Assembly (NCBI GenBank): GCA_003484955.1
Contig: DMZH01000003.1
Span: 112,387 to 176,386 of the forward strand
Origin: Candidatus Woesebacteria bacterium
GTDB taxonomy: Bacteria; Patescibacteriota; Microgenomatia; UBA8517
Direction: 5' to 3'
DNA length: 64,000 nucleotides
Positions 1 through 8,838 of the stretch are shown in pieces; the first letter of the stretch is position 1; each line of letters opens with the position of its first letter. A program made the position numbers and the translations under genes. The notes under the pieces are model-generated. The model did not search any database, was not told where the DNA came from, and saw nothing but the letters and a program-made list of their open reading frames with translations.

Positions 1-17
1 ATGGATGAGACTTTCAT
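1..17 (-). CDS. Start of a gene running off the window edge (MKVSS...), possibly a RimK-like ATP-grasp protein
   Basis: ATG at 17-15 just downstream of the 7TM gene; 7TM_transglut genes commonly precede alpha-L-glutamate ligase-like genes. Only 5 codons are visible. Confidence 0.25.
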
Positions 18-29
18 TTAGTTTCAGGT

Positions 30-914
30 TTATGACCTAATAAGTTTTCTAAAACGGTAAAACTCCATGACCCTAAGACCGGTGTATTTCCCGAGGATCA
101 AGTCGGCGAGAGCAACCAAGAAAAGGGATGCTTCGGGGTTTAGAAGTACATATTGCCTTAAAGGTTGGAGAGTTAAAAATAGATAAGAAATTATGGATAA
201 TATTAATGTCTCAAAAGTCAGGCTGACGGCTGTTTTAGCACTTTTCCCAAGTTGAACTCTACTGAAATCTTCTGCCAGAAGAATCAAGACAAGTACCGCA
301 AATATCGAAACGTTGGCAAGAGCAGAGAAATTAAGCAGAGGGGCCATAAAAAGAACACCTAAAACTCCAAGCACAACCGCCCAAAGAATAAAAGACATTC
401 TGGGAAGATATTGAAGTTTAAGCTTAAGTTTACGAAGAACCAAACGAACAACTGTCGACACGGTAACAATAACTAAGAAAAGGCCTATTCCCACAATGGG
501 TCCCGTTGCTACAAAAACCACCGACAAAGCTGCAGGAAGAAAAATTCCAAATCCCCTAATTCCCACAACGTTGCGCGAAAAAGCTATAACAAAGGTTACT
601 ATTGGCAAAAGGAGAAGTAAAACCAAAGTATTTGCGGGGACACCCGAGGCGACTGCTCCACGAATGGCATGTTTGATAGGATTAAACGGCCAGGCTGAGC
701 CAAGTCTCTGATTTTCCAACAGCATTTCCAAAGGGCCAAGTGATTCAGAACTTTTTTGGGTAATATCAACTGGAGGCGCGACAGGAGTTGGTTCTAATGT
801 TGCGATCGGTGTGGGAGAAAGTATAGGACTGGGAGTCACAGCCACCACAGGCAACGAGCCCGATGCGGCCAATACCAAGACTATAGCAAATAGCAAACCA
901 ATTAGTTTTCGCAT
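30..914 (-). CDS. Membrane protein with a 7TM domain of the inactive-transglutaminase-associated type
   Basis: Signal/Pro-Thr-rich N-terminus, then 'LLLLPIVTFVIAFSRNVVGIRGFGIFLP', 'LQYLPRMS' and C-terminal 'GKYTGLRVMEFYRF'. Likely start MRKLIG at 914. Confidence 0.75.
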   Translation of the reverse strand: MRKLIGLLFAIVLVLAASGSLPVVAVTPSPILSPTPIATLEPTPVAPPVDITQKSSESLGPLEMLLENQRLGSAWPFNPIKHAIRGAVASGVPANTLVLLLLLPIVTFVIAFSRNVVGIRGFGIFLPAALSVVFVATGPIVGIGLFLVIVTVSTVVRLVLRKLKLKLQYLPRMSFILWAVVLGVLGVLFMAPLLNFSALANVSIFAVLVLILLAEDFSRVQLGKSAKTAVSLTFETLILSIISYLFLTLQPLRQYVLLNPEASLFLVALADLILGKYTGLRVMEFYRFRKLIRS

Positions 915-1010
915 GGAAGTAAACTTTTTGAAAGTATGTATATTGTAGCACAAACTGACTTAAAAATCTCTATGCACAAGGCTAAGTCTTTGGTATACAT
1001 AAAGTACTTC

Positions 1011-1040
1011 TTGAATATAGGCTACGCACAGGCATATAAT
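1011..1040 (+). promoter_or_regulatory. Putative sigma70 promoter of the ABC transporter
   Basis: TTGAAT (1011-1016), 18 bp, TATAAT (1035-1040). Confidence 0.5.
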
Positions 1041-1179
1041 TAAGTTTCGCCGCAATCTCACTCCGCAAGGAGTGTTTTTGGCGTTCAATCCCCCTTCGCG
1101 AAACATGTTCGCTTCGGCGGGATTTCGCCCCTAGACCCACGAGGTCATGGACCATTCGAGAAATTGTAGGCTCAAAAAT

Positions 1180-2910
1180 ATGTGGAAAACATTTAAGACA
1201 TTTTACGGTTTTATACTAAAGCGTCGCCTGGTTTTTGCCGGGTTTGTTTTGTTGATTTTACTCTCAGCTATTGTCAATTCAATTATCCCCTACTTTTATA
1301 AGATATTTGTAGACGCAATCCCTTCACTTGATACGGGAAGGCTCCTTTCTATTGTATATATTTATGTTGGTGTTGCTGGGGCTGGGCTTATTGTCGATAT
1401 TTTTAGTTATTTTGTTGGAGATATTATTCTTTTTAGAGCATCTGCCGATGCCAGAAAAAAAGTTTTTAAACACGTACTAGATCTTGATTTTCTTTTCCAC
1501 TCCAATAAAAGTACAGGAAGCCTGATTTCAGCTTTCAAACGAGGTGATGGTGCCTTTTTTGAGTTATTCCATGTAATACACCATAGAATTTTTGGGGTAT
1601 TTGTAGGATTTGGAGTTATGGTTTATTTCTTCACCAGACTTAGTCCAATGATAGGAATTATTACGGCGGTAACGATGACTGCCACGCTAATTGTAGCCAG
1701 ATTCCTTATCAAATATAACGTAAAAAAGAGGGGTGAATTCAATAAAGAAGAGGACAAGATCTCAGGGATTATTGGAGACAACATGATAAATTACGAAACT
1801 GTTAAGCTTTTTGCTCAGGAAAAACGTGAGGAGGCAAGGCTTTCTACAGCTTTTGTAACCTGGACCAAGGCTCTTTGGGGGTATGGAAATTCATTTAGGC
1901 TTGTTGATATTTCTGTCGGAGCACTAATTAACATAAGTATGTTTTCAATTCTATTTATTACGGCCAAATCTGCCGGTGGGGGGCACTTAAGCGTTGGGGA
2001 TTTTGTACTAATTGCATCATTCACCTCGTCACTATTCCCCCGACTTTGGGATTTGGTCTGGGGGTCCCGTGATCTAGCTAAAGCTTATTCGGATATTCAA
2101 ACATACTTTGGTCTTCTAGATAATGAGATTGAGGTAAAAGATTCCGAAAAACCAATTGATGTTGGCCATGTTTACGGAGAAATTGAACTTAATGACGTTA
2201 AATTCTCATACAAAAACAGAACAAAAAACGCCATTGACGGATTCAATCTTAAAATAGAACAAGGGCAATCGGTGGCCTTCGTCGGCAAGAGCGGATCAGG
2301 AAAGACAACTCTCGCAAAGCTACTTATGAGATTCTATGACATTAATTCAGGTGAGATTTTGATTGATGGAATAAATATTAAAGATTTTAGAAAAAGCACA
2401 TTAAGAGGGTTTATTGGCATGGTTCCTCAAGAACCAATTCTTTTTAACAATACAGTTTCATATAACATTGCCTATGGTTTTCCTAAAGCTAAGCTTTCAG
2501 AGGTAAAGACAGCGGCACGCTTGGCTAATATCGATGATTTTATTCAGAGTCTTCCCGAGAAATATAATACTGAAGTCGGCGAGCGCGGAGTTAAGCTCTC
2601 CGGAGGTCAAAAACAGAGATTGGCAATCGCAAGAATGATCCTAAGTGACCCTGATATTGTTGTTTTTGACGAGGCTACAAGTCAGCTTGATAGCGAATCC
2701 GAAAAGCTGATTCAGGATGCTTTCTGGAAGGCTCGTGCCGGAAAAACTACTATAATTGTCGCCCATAGGCTCTCAACTATTATGAGAGCAGATAAAATTG
2801 TGGTTATGGAACACGGCCAAATAAAAGAAACCGGAACTCACGAGAGTTTGTTAAACCAAAAAGACAGTCTCTACTCTCACTTCTGGAATCTACAAATAAA
2901 GCTCGACTAG
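1180..2910 (+). CDS. ABC exporter, fused permease and ATPase (MsbA/Atm1-like)
   Basis: N-terminal TM region; Walker A GKSGSGKT, signature LSGGQKQR, Walker B IVVFDE, H-loop VAHRLST. Likely start MWKTF at 1180. Confidence 0.92.
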   Translation: MWKTFKTFYGFILKRRLVFAGFVLLILLSAIVNSIIPYFYKIFVDAIPSLDTGRLLSIVYIYVGVAGAGLIVDIFSYFVGDIILFRASADARKKVFKHVLDLDFLFHSNKSTGSLISAFKRGDGAFFELFHVIHHRIFGVFVGFGVMVYFFTRLSPMIGIITAVTMTATLIVARFLIKYNVKKRGEFNKEEDKISGIIGDNMINYETVKLFAQEKREEARLSTAFVTWTKALWGYGNSFRLVDISVGALINISMFSILFITAKSAGGGHLSVGDFVLIASFTSSLFPRLWDLVWGSRDLAKAYSDIQTYFGLLDNEIEVKDSEKPIDVGHVYGEIELNDVKFSYKNRTKNAIDGFNLKIEQGQSVAFVGKSGSGKTTLAKLLMRFYDINSGEILIDGINIKDFRKSTLRGFIGMVPQEPILFNNTVSYNIAYGFPKAKLSEVKTAARLANIDDFIQSLPEKYNTEVGERGVKLSGGQKQRLAIARMILSDPDIVVFDEATSQLDSESEKLIQDAFWKARAGKTTIIVAHRLSTIMRADKIVVMEHGQIKETGTHESLLNQKDSLYSHFWNLQIKLD

Positions 2911-2968
2911 CTCGCTTTCATACCCTTCTTTCTAAGAGTTTGTGTAAACTTAATTAAAGGTGAAGTTC

Positions 2969-3187
2969 TTATTCTTCTTTGGACTGCATCCCTAGTAACC
3001 AAAGTACGGCTTCTTTTTTATAACGCCTGTCTCCCCTGGAGTTAATACGGATAGCGGGAAGTTTGCCTCTTTTTCCCCAGCGCTTGATCGTTAAAGGAGA
3101 GACTCTGAGAAGTTCACTAACTTCTCTCACTGTAAGTAAATCCGGAAGATCTTCCAACCTGATTTTCTTTTTAGTATTTTGATCCAT
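2969..3187 (-). CDS. Small excisionase/BldC-like (HTH_17, MerR-type) DNA-binding protein
   Basis: LLTVREVSELLRVSPLTIKRWGKRGKLPAIRINSRGDRRY matches the Xis/BldC winged-HTH pattern. Confidence 0.85.
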   Translation of the reverse strand: MDQNTKKKIRLEDLPDLLTVREVSELLRVSPLTIKRWGKRGKLPAIRINSRGDRRYKKEAVLWLLGMQSKEE

Positions 3188-3229
3188 TTTTATACGGTCA
3201 CCTGCCTAACACCTATCTATCTTAGTCAG

Positions 3230-3258
3230 AAGATAACAAAGTAGTTCAACAGTGTCAA
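3230..3258 (-). promoter_or_regulatory. Sigma70 promoter for the HTH_17 gene
   Basis: Minus strand TTGACA, 17 bp, TATCTT with an extended -10 TG. Confidence 0.65.
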
Positions 3259-3259
3259 T

Positions 3260-3439
3260 AGTCAATTAATAGAATTGAGGGCAAAGAAGAAACTGACTCA
3301 AAAGGCTCTGGCCAAAAAGCTTGGAACAAAACAATCTGCAATTGCCAGGCTTGAATCCGGGCGCGCCAATCCCACTTTGGAATTCATGCAGAAAACTGCT
3401 GAGGCGTTGGATAAAAAACTCGTTATTAGTTTTGAATGA
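3260..3439 (+). pseudogene. XRE-family HTH (HigA-like), N-terminally truncated or TTG-initiated; not in the ORF track
   Basis: Translates SQLIELRAKKKLTQKALAKKLGTKQSAIARLESGRANPTLEFMQKTAEALDKKLVISFE*. In-frame TAG at 3242; no upstream ATG, only TTG at 3275. Confidence 0.75.
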
Positions 3440-3469
3440 TTACTTCCCCGCTACGAAAAATTTAGAATT

Positions 3470-4747
3470 TTATGCTACCCTTTCTTTAAGTGCTGAGTAA
3501 TACTTTTGGAGATAATCTTCTGCCCTCTCCCAATGTACTTCTCCCATTCCAGCAAGAGCTAAATTCTTCTCAACCCCGGCCAAAACTCTTAAATGAGCCG
3601 CTTTGGTAGCCTGGAGAAATGAAATTCTGTAAACTTCAGCAAGATGTTTACAGGCGATGTCTTCAGCCTCAGATGCTGAGGCCATACTGTCTTTTTTGAA
3701 CATTTTTCTGTTAAAATCCACCTCCATGGAGGCGACTATTTTAGGCTCAAAAGCTAGTTTTATTTCCCCTTTTATGAGTTTGTAGAATTTTTTCATTTTT
3801 TCTTCAGCTTTCTCCCACTTTTCGTCCCTTTCCTCAATAATTGCCTCAACAAAATATTTAGCCGCCTCTTTGGCTAGCTCTTTGGAAAGACTATATTGCT
3901 CTTTAAGATGTTTCATTGCATAGTCCCTGAGTCTTACACCCTCAGGAATCTTGGAAAGCCTCCACCAGGAAAGCTCAAGTCTAGCTGTAATTTTAGGATC
4001 AAAGGTAAGATGTTCGACCTTGTCATTTCCCCCAAACCTGCGTCTACGCCTTGAGTAATCAAGAATAATATCTGCAAGTTTTCTGGGGGTCATATCGGGA
4101 AGATTGGATAGCTCCCAATAATACTCCGCATAATTTAACTGCCATGGTAAAAATCCGGAAGTCCTCTGTTCTCCTGAAGTTCTCAAAAACAGATCAATAT
4201 AAGGATAAGGCTGGTCTTTTGTATCAAGGTATGATGTAAAAAGCTTTTCATTAATCTTTTTTGAAGGAATTTTGTCATCCACAATTTTTCTGACAGCACG
4301 CAAGATTTCATCATGCCCGCCATAATCCAAGGCTACGTTAAAAACATGGCTTTTGTTATTTTTGGTTTTTTCCTCAACTTCCCTGATATAGTCAACAAGT
4401 TCCGACGGCAGCCTATCCTCACGGCCCAAGTGAATAAAACGGATATCATCCTCCATTGCTTCTTTTTCAACTACGCTAACCATTTTCCTAAATAGTTTAA
4501 AAAGATATGAAATTTCATCGGGAGATCTGTCCCAATTTTCGGTAGAAAAACCCCAAACGGTAAAAGTATGAACCCCCCAACCCCTGGAAGCTTTAGCTAT
4601 TTTCATACCGGCTTCAAAACCTGCTTTGTGACCCGAAAGAGTCGGGAGACCTCTTGCTCTAGCCCAGCGGCGGTTACCATCAAGAATTATCGCAATGTGG
4701 TTGGGAACAATAGTCCCCTTTGGAAGTGTAATTTTATCCTCGGACAT
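3470..4747 (-). CDS. uppS: cis-prenyltransferase (undecaprenyl-diphosphate synthase) with an extra ~180-aa helical C-terminal domain
   Basis: HIAIILDGNRRWA, FSTENWDR, RTSGEQRTSGFLPWQ and RRRRFGG motifs. Confidence 0.92.
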   Translation of the reverse strand: MSEDKITLPKGTIVPNHIAIILDGNRRWARARGLPTLSGHKAGFEAGMKIAKASRGWGVHTFTVWGFSTENWDRSPDEISYLFKLFRKMVSVVEKEAMEDDIRFIHLGREDRLPSELVDYIREVEEKTKNNKSHVFNVALDYGGHDEILRAVRKIVDDKIPSKKINEKLFTSYLDTKDQPYPYIDLFLRTSGEQRTSGFLPWQLNYAEYYWELSNLPDMTPRKLADIILDYSRRRRRFGGNDKVEHLTFDPKITARLELSWWRLSKIPEGVRLRDYAMKHLKEQYSLSKELAKEAAKYFVEAIIEERDEKWEKAEEKMKKFYKLIKGEIKLAFEPKIVASMEVDFNRKMFKKDSMASASEAEDIACKHLAEVYRISFLQATKAAHLRVLAGVEKNLALAGMGEVHWERAEDYLQKYYSALKERVA

Positions 4748-4755
4748 AACAAGTA

Positions 4756-5277
4756 TTATACATTAATCATCTTCAAAATAATCTTAAACCAAGGAGTGTG
4801 TTTTTTAGGATCCTTTACCACGTCTTTTTTTAGTTTCCTTATTTCGACCCACTTATAACTTTCAATTTCATCAGGATTTGGTTTAATCGGTCCTTCATGG
4901 CTTCCGCTAAATACATGGTCAAGTTCATGTTCTCCCCAATCCCCACTCTCCATTTTAGCTTTGTAGATGAAGGAGAATACTTCTTTAAGCGGGGTTTTGA
5001 AGCCAAGTTCCTCATAAATCCTTCTTTCAGCTGCTTTTTGGTAGGTTTCTTTTGGATATGGATGTGTGCAAACCGCATTGCTCCAACTTCCACCCCAAGT
5101 TGGTTTTGAGGCAGCCCTTTTGGTTATGAGCATTTTAGTTCTGTCTTTGTCGAATACTACTATTGATATAGCCCTGTGAAGCGGAACCGGAATCTTGTGA
5201 GCAGCAAATTTTTCCTTAAAACCCAAAACATTATCTTTTTCGTCAACCAAAACAATAGGTTTTGCTGTTTTTCTCAT
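4756..5277 (-). CDS. idi: Isopentenyl-diphosphate delta-isomerase, type 1
   Basis: LHRAISI, WSNAVCTHP, RRIYEELG, EHELDH, TPWF. Confidence 0.93.
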   Translation of the reverse strand: MRKTAKPIVLVDEKDNVLGFKEKFAAHKIPVPLHRAISIVVFDKDRTKMLITKRAASKPTWGGSWSNAVCTHPYPKETYQKAAERRIYEELGFKTPLKEVFSFIYKAKMESGDWGEHELDHVFSGSHEGPIKPNPDEIESYKWVEIRKLKKDVVKDPKKHTPWFKIILKMINV

Positions 5278-6242
5278 TTAAGAATGTGTGTCCCTTCTGA
5301 GGCCTTGTTTACAATAACTTTTTTGACTCCCGGAATTTTTTTAAGCTTTATTCTGACCTTCTTGACGTCCTTGGACAGGCAAATGATATGCACATTGGGG
5401 CCTGCATCAATCGTAAAATAAGTTTCTAGGTCCTCCTCCCGCCAGGTAATAACAGATTGCATGATTTCTAAAGTTTTAGGTAACCAATAAAATAGTGGAG
5501 GTTTACTTGTCATCATTACTGTGTGCATATTTATAGCCTCCTCCTCTAGAATCCTGCCAAACTTTGTAAAATCCTTATTTTTCAGAGCCGATTTAATCTC
5601 TTTGACTTTTTTATTCATTCCCAAAATCCTTGCTTTATAAAAAGGACTACTGAAAGCCTTCGTATGTCCCTCGGTTGAACTAACTTTTTTGGCTTTTTCC
5701 CCTACTACCACAATTGTGTCGCAGATATCCCAATATCCCGGAGCTTGTAGCGAATAAGCATATGAATCACCACTTTTGACACCCGTCTTCCATTCAACAA
5801 AGCCATCAGGAATGGAACGGCAAGCAGAACCAGAACCAAGTCTTGCCAAAACTGAAAGCTCTTTTTCCGAAAGATTAAGACCAGCAGCCTTTGTGCCCGC
5901 GACAGTCAAAGCAGCAAAACCTGAAGCAGAAGACGCCATTCCTGCACCTTTCGGAAAATTATTCTTACTGACAACCTCCGCAAATGTATCAATTCCTGCC
6001 ATTTTTCTAATAAGATTGAGGTGATCAACAATTCTTTCTTTCTCATTGCCTTCAACACTTTTACCATCAATTACTATCAAGTCTTTACTTAACTTATTGT
6101 CAAACTCCACAAATGTTTCCGTATAAGCCTCTGAAAGGTTCATGGAAATGGAGGTATTGGCCGGAATTCTTAACTTTTCGTTTTTTTTACCCCAATACTT
6201 AATAAAGGCAATGTTTGATGGCGCGCGTGCTTTAACTTTCAT
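5274..6242 (-). CDS. mvaD: Diphosphomevalonate decarboxylase
   Basis: NIAFIKYWGK, GMASSASG, RLGSGSACRS, FTIDAGPNVH. Confidence 0.93.
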   Translation of the reverse strand: MKVKARAPSNIAFIKYWGKKNEKLRIPANTSISMNLSEAYTETFVEFDNKLSKDLIVIDGKSVEGNEKERIVDHLNLIRKMAGIDTFAEVVSKNNFPKGAGMASSASGFAALTVAGTKAAGLNLSEKELSVLARLGSGSACRSIPDGFVEWKTGVKSGDSYAYSLQAPGYWDICDTIVVVGEKAKKVSSTEGHTKAFSSPFYKARILGMNKKVKEIKSALKNKDFTKFGRILEEEAINMHTVMMTSKPPLFYWLPKTLEIMQSVITWREEDLETYFTIDAGPNVHIICLSKDVKKVRIKLKKIPGVKKVIVNKASEGTHILK

Positions 6243-7213
6243 TTTTCTATTCTAACTCCTTCCGCATTAAATTTAACATCAAGAACTACTCCACCAGATT
6301 TTTCAATAGCCTTTTTAACTTTTGCAGTTTTTGATTTATCTGCCAAGGCGATCATACAGTCTCCTCCGCCGGCACCGGATAATTTGGCTCCGAAAGCCCC
6401 AGTCTGCCTTGCCGAACCGATGAGATTATCTAGTTCAGGAGTGCTCACAGATAACTTATATAAAAGTTTTTGATTTTCGTCCATAAGTTCGCCCAATTTT
6501 GGATAATCCGTATTTTCCAAGGCTATTTTGGCAGCTCTCACAAGCTTTTCTATTGAATCAAAAATCTCGTCAACTTTTTTCTTATTGTTTTTATGAAGCC
6601 CAGCTACCTTTCTGACCAGAGTCGCAGTATCTGCTTTAATGCCTGTATACCCAACAACAAGCGGCAATTCCTTTGTTTTGAGAGGCAATATTTTCTTTCC
6701 CCCACCAACAAAATATATCGTACCGCCCCAAATGGCTGCCGCTAAATCAAATCCCGATCCCACCCCCTGAACTTCCAAAACAGTTTTATAACATATATCA
6801 AACAGTAATTTATTGCCTACTTCTATGTCAAAAATCTCTGATAATGCTTTAATCGTGGAGACGGTCACTGCTGAAGAACTTCCGAATCCGAACAAACTTG
6901 AGAACCCACTTTTTGTTTCCAGGTTAAGCCCACTTTTTACTTGGTATTTTTTGAAAAAGTTCTCAACAGCTTTTAAAACAAATTTAATCTCCTTCGGATA
7001 CTCGATTTTTCCTAAGTCGGATATCTTGAGAGAATAATCCTTTACTTTGACCTCAGGAGCATTAACAGTTATTGAACTTCCGCCAATTTTTTCAACCCGG
7101 ACGCGTATTCTTTGGTCAACTGCAGTAACGATGCAGGGCTTTCCATAGATAACTGCGTGTTCACCAAAAAGCATCAATTTGCCCGGTGCCGAAACTGTAA
7201 TTTTATTTTTCAA
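6239..7213 (-). CDS. GHMP kinase, mevalonate-kinase family (probably the phosphomevalonate kinase of the operon)
   Basis: SAPGKLMLFGEHAV, GFGSSSAV, GSGFD, KLSGAGGGDC; operon position. Confidence 0.8.
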   Translation of the reverse strand: MKNKITVSAPGKLMLFGEHAVIYGKPCIVTAVDQRIRVRVEKIGGSSITVNAPEVKVKDYSLKISDLGKIEYPKEIKFVLKAVENFFKKYQVKSGLNLETKSGFSSLFGFGSSSAVTVSTIKALSEIFDIEVGNKLLFDICYKTVLEVQGVGSGFDLAAAIWGGTIYFVGGGKKILPLKTKELPLVVGYTGIKADTATLVRKVAGLHKNNKKKVDEIFDSIEKLVRAAKIALENTDYPKLGELMDENQKLLYKLSVSTPELDNLIGSARQTGAFGAKLSGAGGGDCMIALADKSKTAKVKKAIEKSGGVVLDVKFNAEGVRIEK

Positions 7214-8027
7214 TTCTTACACCCTCCTCTCCAATTTTAACCGAAAAAAGATCTAATTTATTGTCTTTTGCAAATTTTAATAATTTATCGGAGTCATTAT
7301 GATAAACAATAACCATACCGGAGCTTTCTTTTTTACCACCCGCACCTGTTATTTTTGCAGCACCTCCGATTTTTTCAATTTTACGAATTATATTTTTAGT
7401 TGTCGGGGAAACTACATCCAGTTTTTCCAATAGTTCTTCATTATATTTAACCAATTCATCGAAATCGGAATTACTATCATTTAACAGCAGGCCTAGAAAC
7501 TCTTTTGTTATCTTTTCAATCCCTCTAAATACTGTATCAAAATACGATTTTCTACCTCGATAGAGATCAGAAACATGGGTCACCATTTCCTTGGTTGATT
7601 CCACAGGTTTACCGGTATTAAGAAGGTATATTTTGGGAAACTTTGTTTTCGGAACTATAACTTTAAATGTTTTGAGATTCTCACTTTCTTTTCGATACCA
7701 TAGAAAGCCACCGTAAGTACAAATAGTGTTATCAACGCCACTCGGACTGCCGTGATGCTTTTTTTCCAATTTATAGGCTAACTCATTTATTTTCGGGAGA
7801 TCTATCTTTTTTATTCTTAAAGCTGACGTGGCAACGGCGAATGCCGCAGAAGAACCCATTCCCGCCCCTATCGGAATATCAGAGGTTATTTTGTCGTCTT
7901 TTCCAGATCCTTCAATAGACAGCCGTCTATCTATTGCCGTAACCAAGGCCGGATAGCCGTAGACAACTGCATGTTCCCCCGAAATTATTAATTTACCCGG
8001 CGCCGAAAACTTAAGTTTTGCTCTCAT
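7203..8027 (-). CDS. mvk: Mevalonate kinase (compact)
   Basis: APGKLIISGEHAVVYG, PIGAGMGSSAA, HGSPSGVD, KITGAGG. Confidence 0.85.
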   Translation of the reverse strand: MRAKLKFSAPGKLIISGEHAVVYGYPALVTAIDRRLSIEGSGKDDKITSDIPIGAGMGSSAAFAVATSALRIKKIDLPKINELAYKLEKKHHGSPSGVDNTICTYGGFLWYRKESENLKTFKVIVPKTKFPKIYLLNTGKPVESTKEMVTHVSDLYRGRKSYFDTVFRGIEKITKEFLGLLLNDSNSDFDELVKYNEELLEKLDVVSPTTKNIIRKIEKIGGAAKITGAGGKKESSGMVIVYHNDSDKLLKFAKDNKLDLFSVKIGEEGVRIEK

Positions 8028-8193
8028 TGATTTTTTCTAAAAGTAAATCTAAGACTTGGTTTTCCAAAACAACGGAACCCGTTGCAACCATTTCCCAATA
8101 CTCTCTACCCTCTTTTGTGTCCGGTTGCAAAGCTTCCGGCGGAACCATACTAGGCTCCTTATCGGTACCAATATTGACAAATTCTGTGCTCAT
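8011..8193 (-). CDS. Small acidic hypothetical protein (60 aa)
   Basis: Strong SD (GGGAGGTGA at 8209-8201) 7 nt before ATG; 3' end overlaps the mvk start. Confidence 0.6.
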   Translation of the reverse strand: MSTEFVNIGTDKEPSMVPPEALQPDTKEGREYWEMVATGSVVLENQVLDLLLEKINESKT

Positions 8194-8283
8194 AAATTAA
8201 TCACCTCCCAGGTTTTTGTATTTTACACCAAAAACACACTTTAAGTAGAAATTACAAAATGATACACTCTATTAGTCTTATAA

Positions 8284-8838
8284 ATGCCAAAAAATACTCA
8301 AAAGGGCCCTGGTAAATCTTTCACCATTGCCCCATTTGAAAAAATTTACAAAGAATTTGCCTTGCCTTTGACTAAGTTTGTAATGAAAAGGATGGGGGCC
8401 AACGAAAGACAGGTTGAGGAAGTGGTGGAAGAAACGGTTGTGGCGGCGTGGAAAGGTTGGAATACCTTTAGGCACAAAAGTAGTTATTTTACCTGGCTTT
8501 GCAGGATCGCCTTAAATAAAATTGCCGATTATTACCATGACCAAATCAACCATAATTCAAAACTAATTGTTCCTTTCATCGAAGCTTTGACTGATACAGA
8601 CAACAGATCCCTGTCCCCCGAAGAATCTTTGGCACTTAAAGAACTGAGAAAATCCGTCAACAGTTGTTTGGATCTGATGTCTCCCGAAAAGCGTAAACTT
8701 CTGCAATTCAGGTACTGGTATGACCTTTCCTACACTGAAATAAGTAAAATCTTGGGTATCTCCGAGCGTGCAGTTGAGGGACAAATCTATAGGGCCAAGA
8801 CTGAGTTTGCAAAAGTGTGGACTAATAATTCTAAGTAA
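8284..8838 (+). CDS. ECF RNA polymerase sigma factor
   Basis: Region 2 'FTWLCRIALNKIADYY' and region 4 'LSYTEISKILGISERAVEGQIYRAK'. Confidence 0.9.
   Translation: MPKNTQKGPGKSFTIAPFEKIYKEFALPLTKFVMKRMGANERQVEEVVEETVVAAWKGWNTFRHKSSYFTWLCRIALNKIADYYHDQINHNSKLIVPFIEALTDTDNRSLSPEESLALKELRKSVNSCLDLMSPEKRKLLQFRYWYDLSYTEISKILGISERAVEGQIYRAKTEFAKVWTNNSK

Noticed and set aside
1080-1100. tRNA fragment (GTTCAATCCC, T-loop-like)
   Set aside because: No pairing T stem, acceptor stem or anticodon arm around it.
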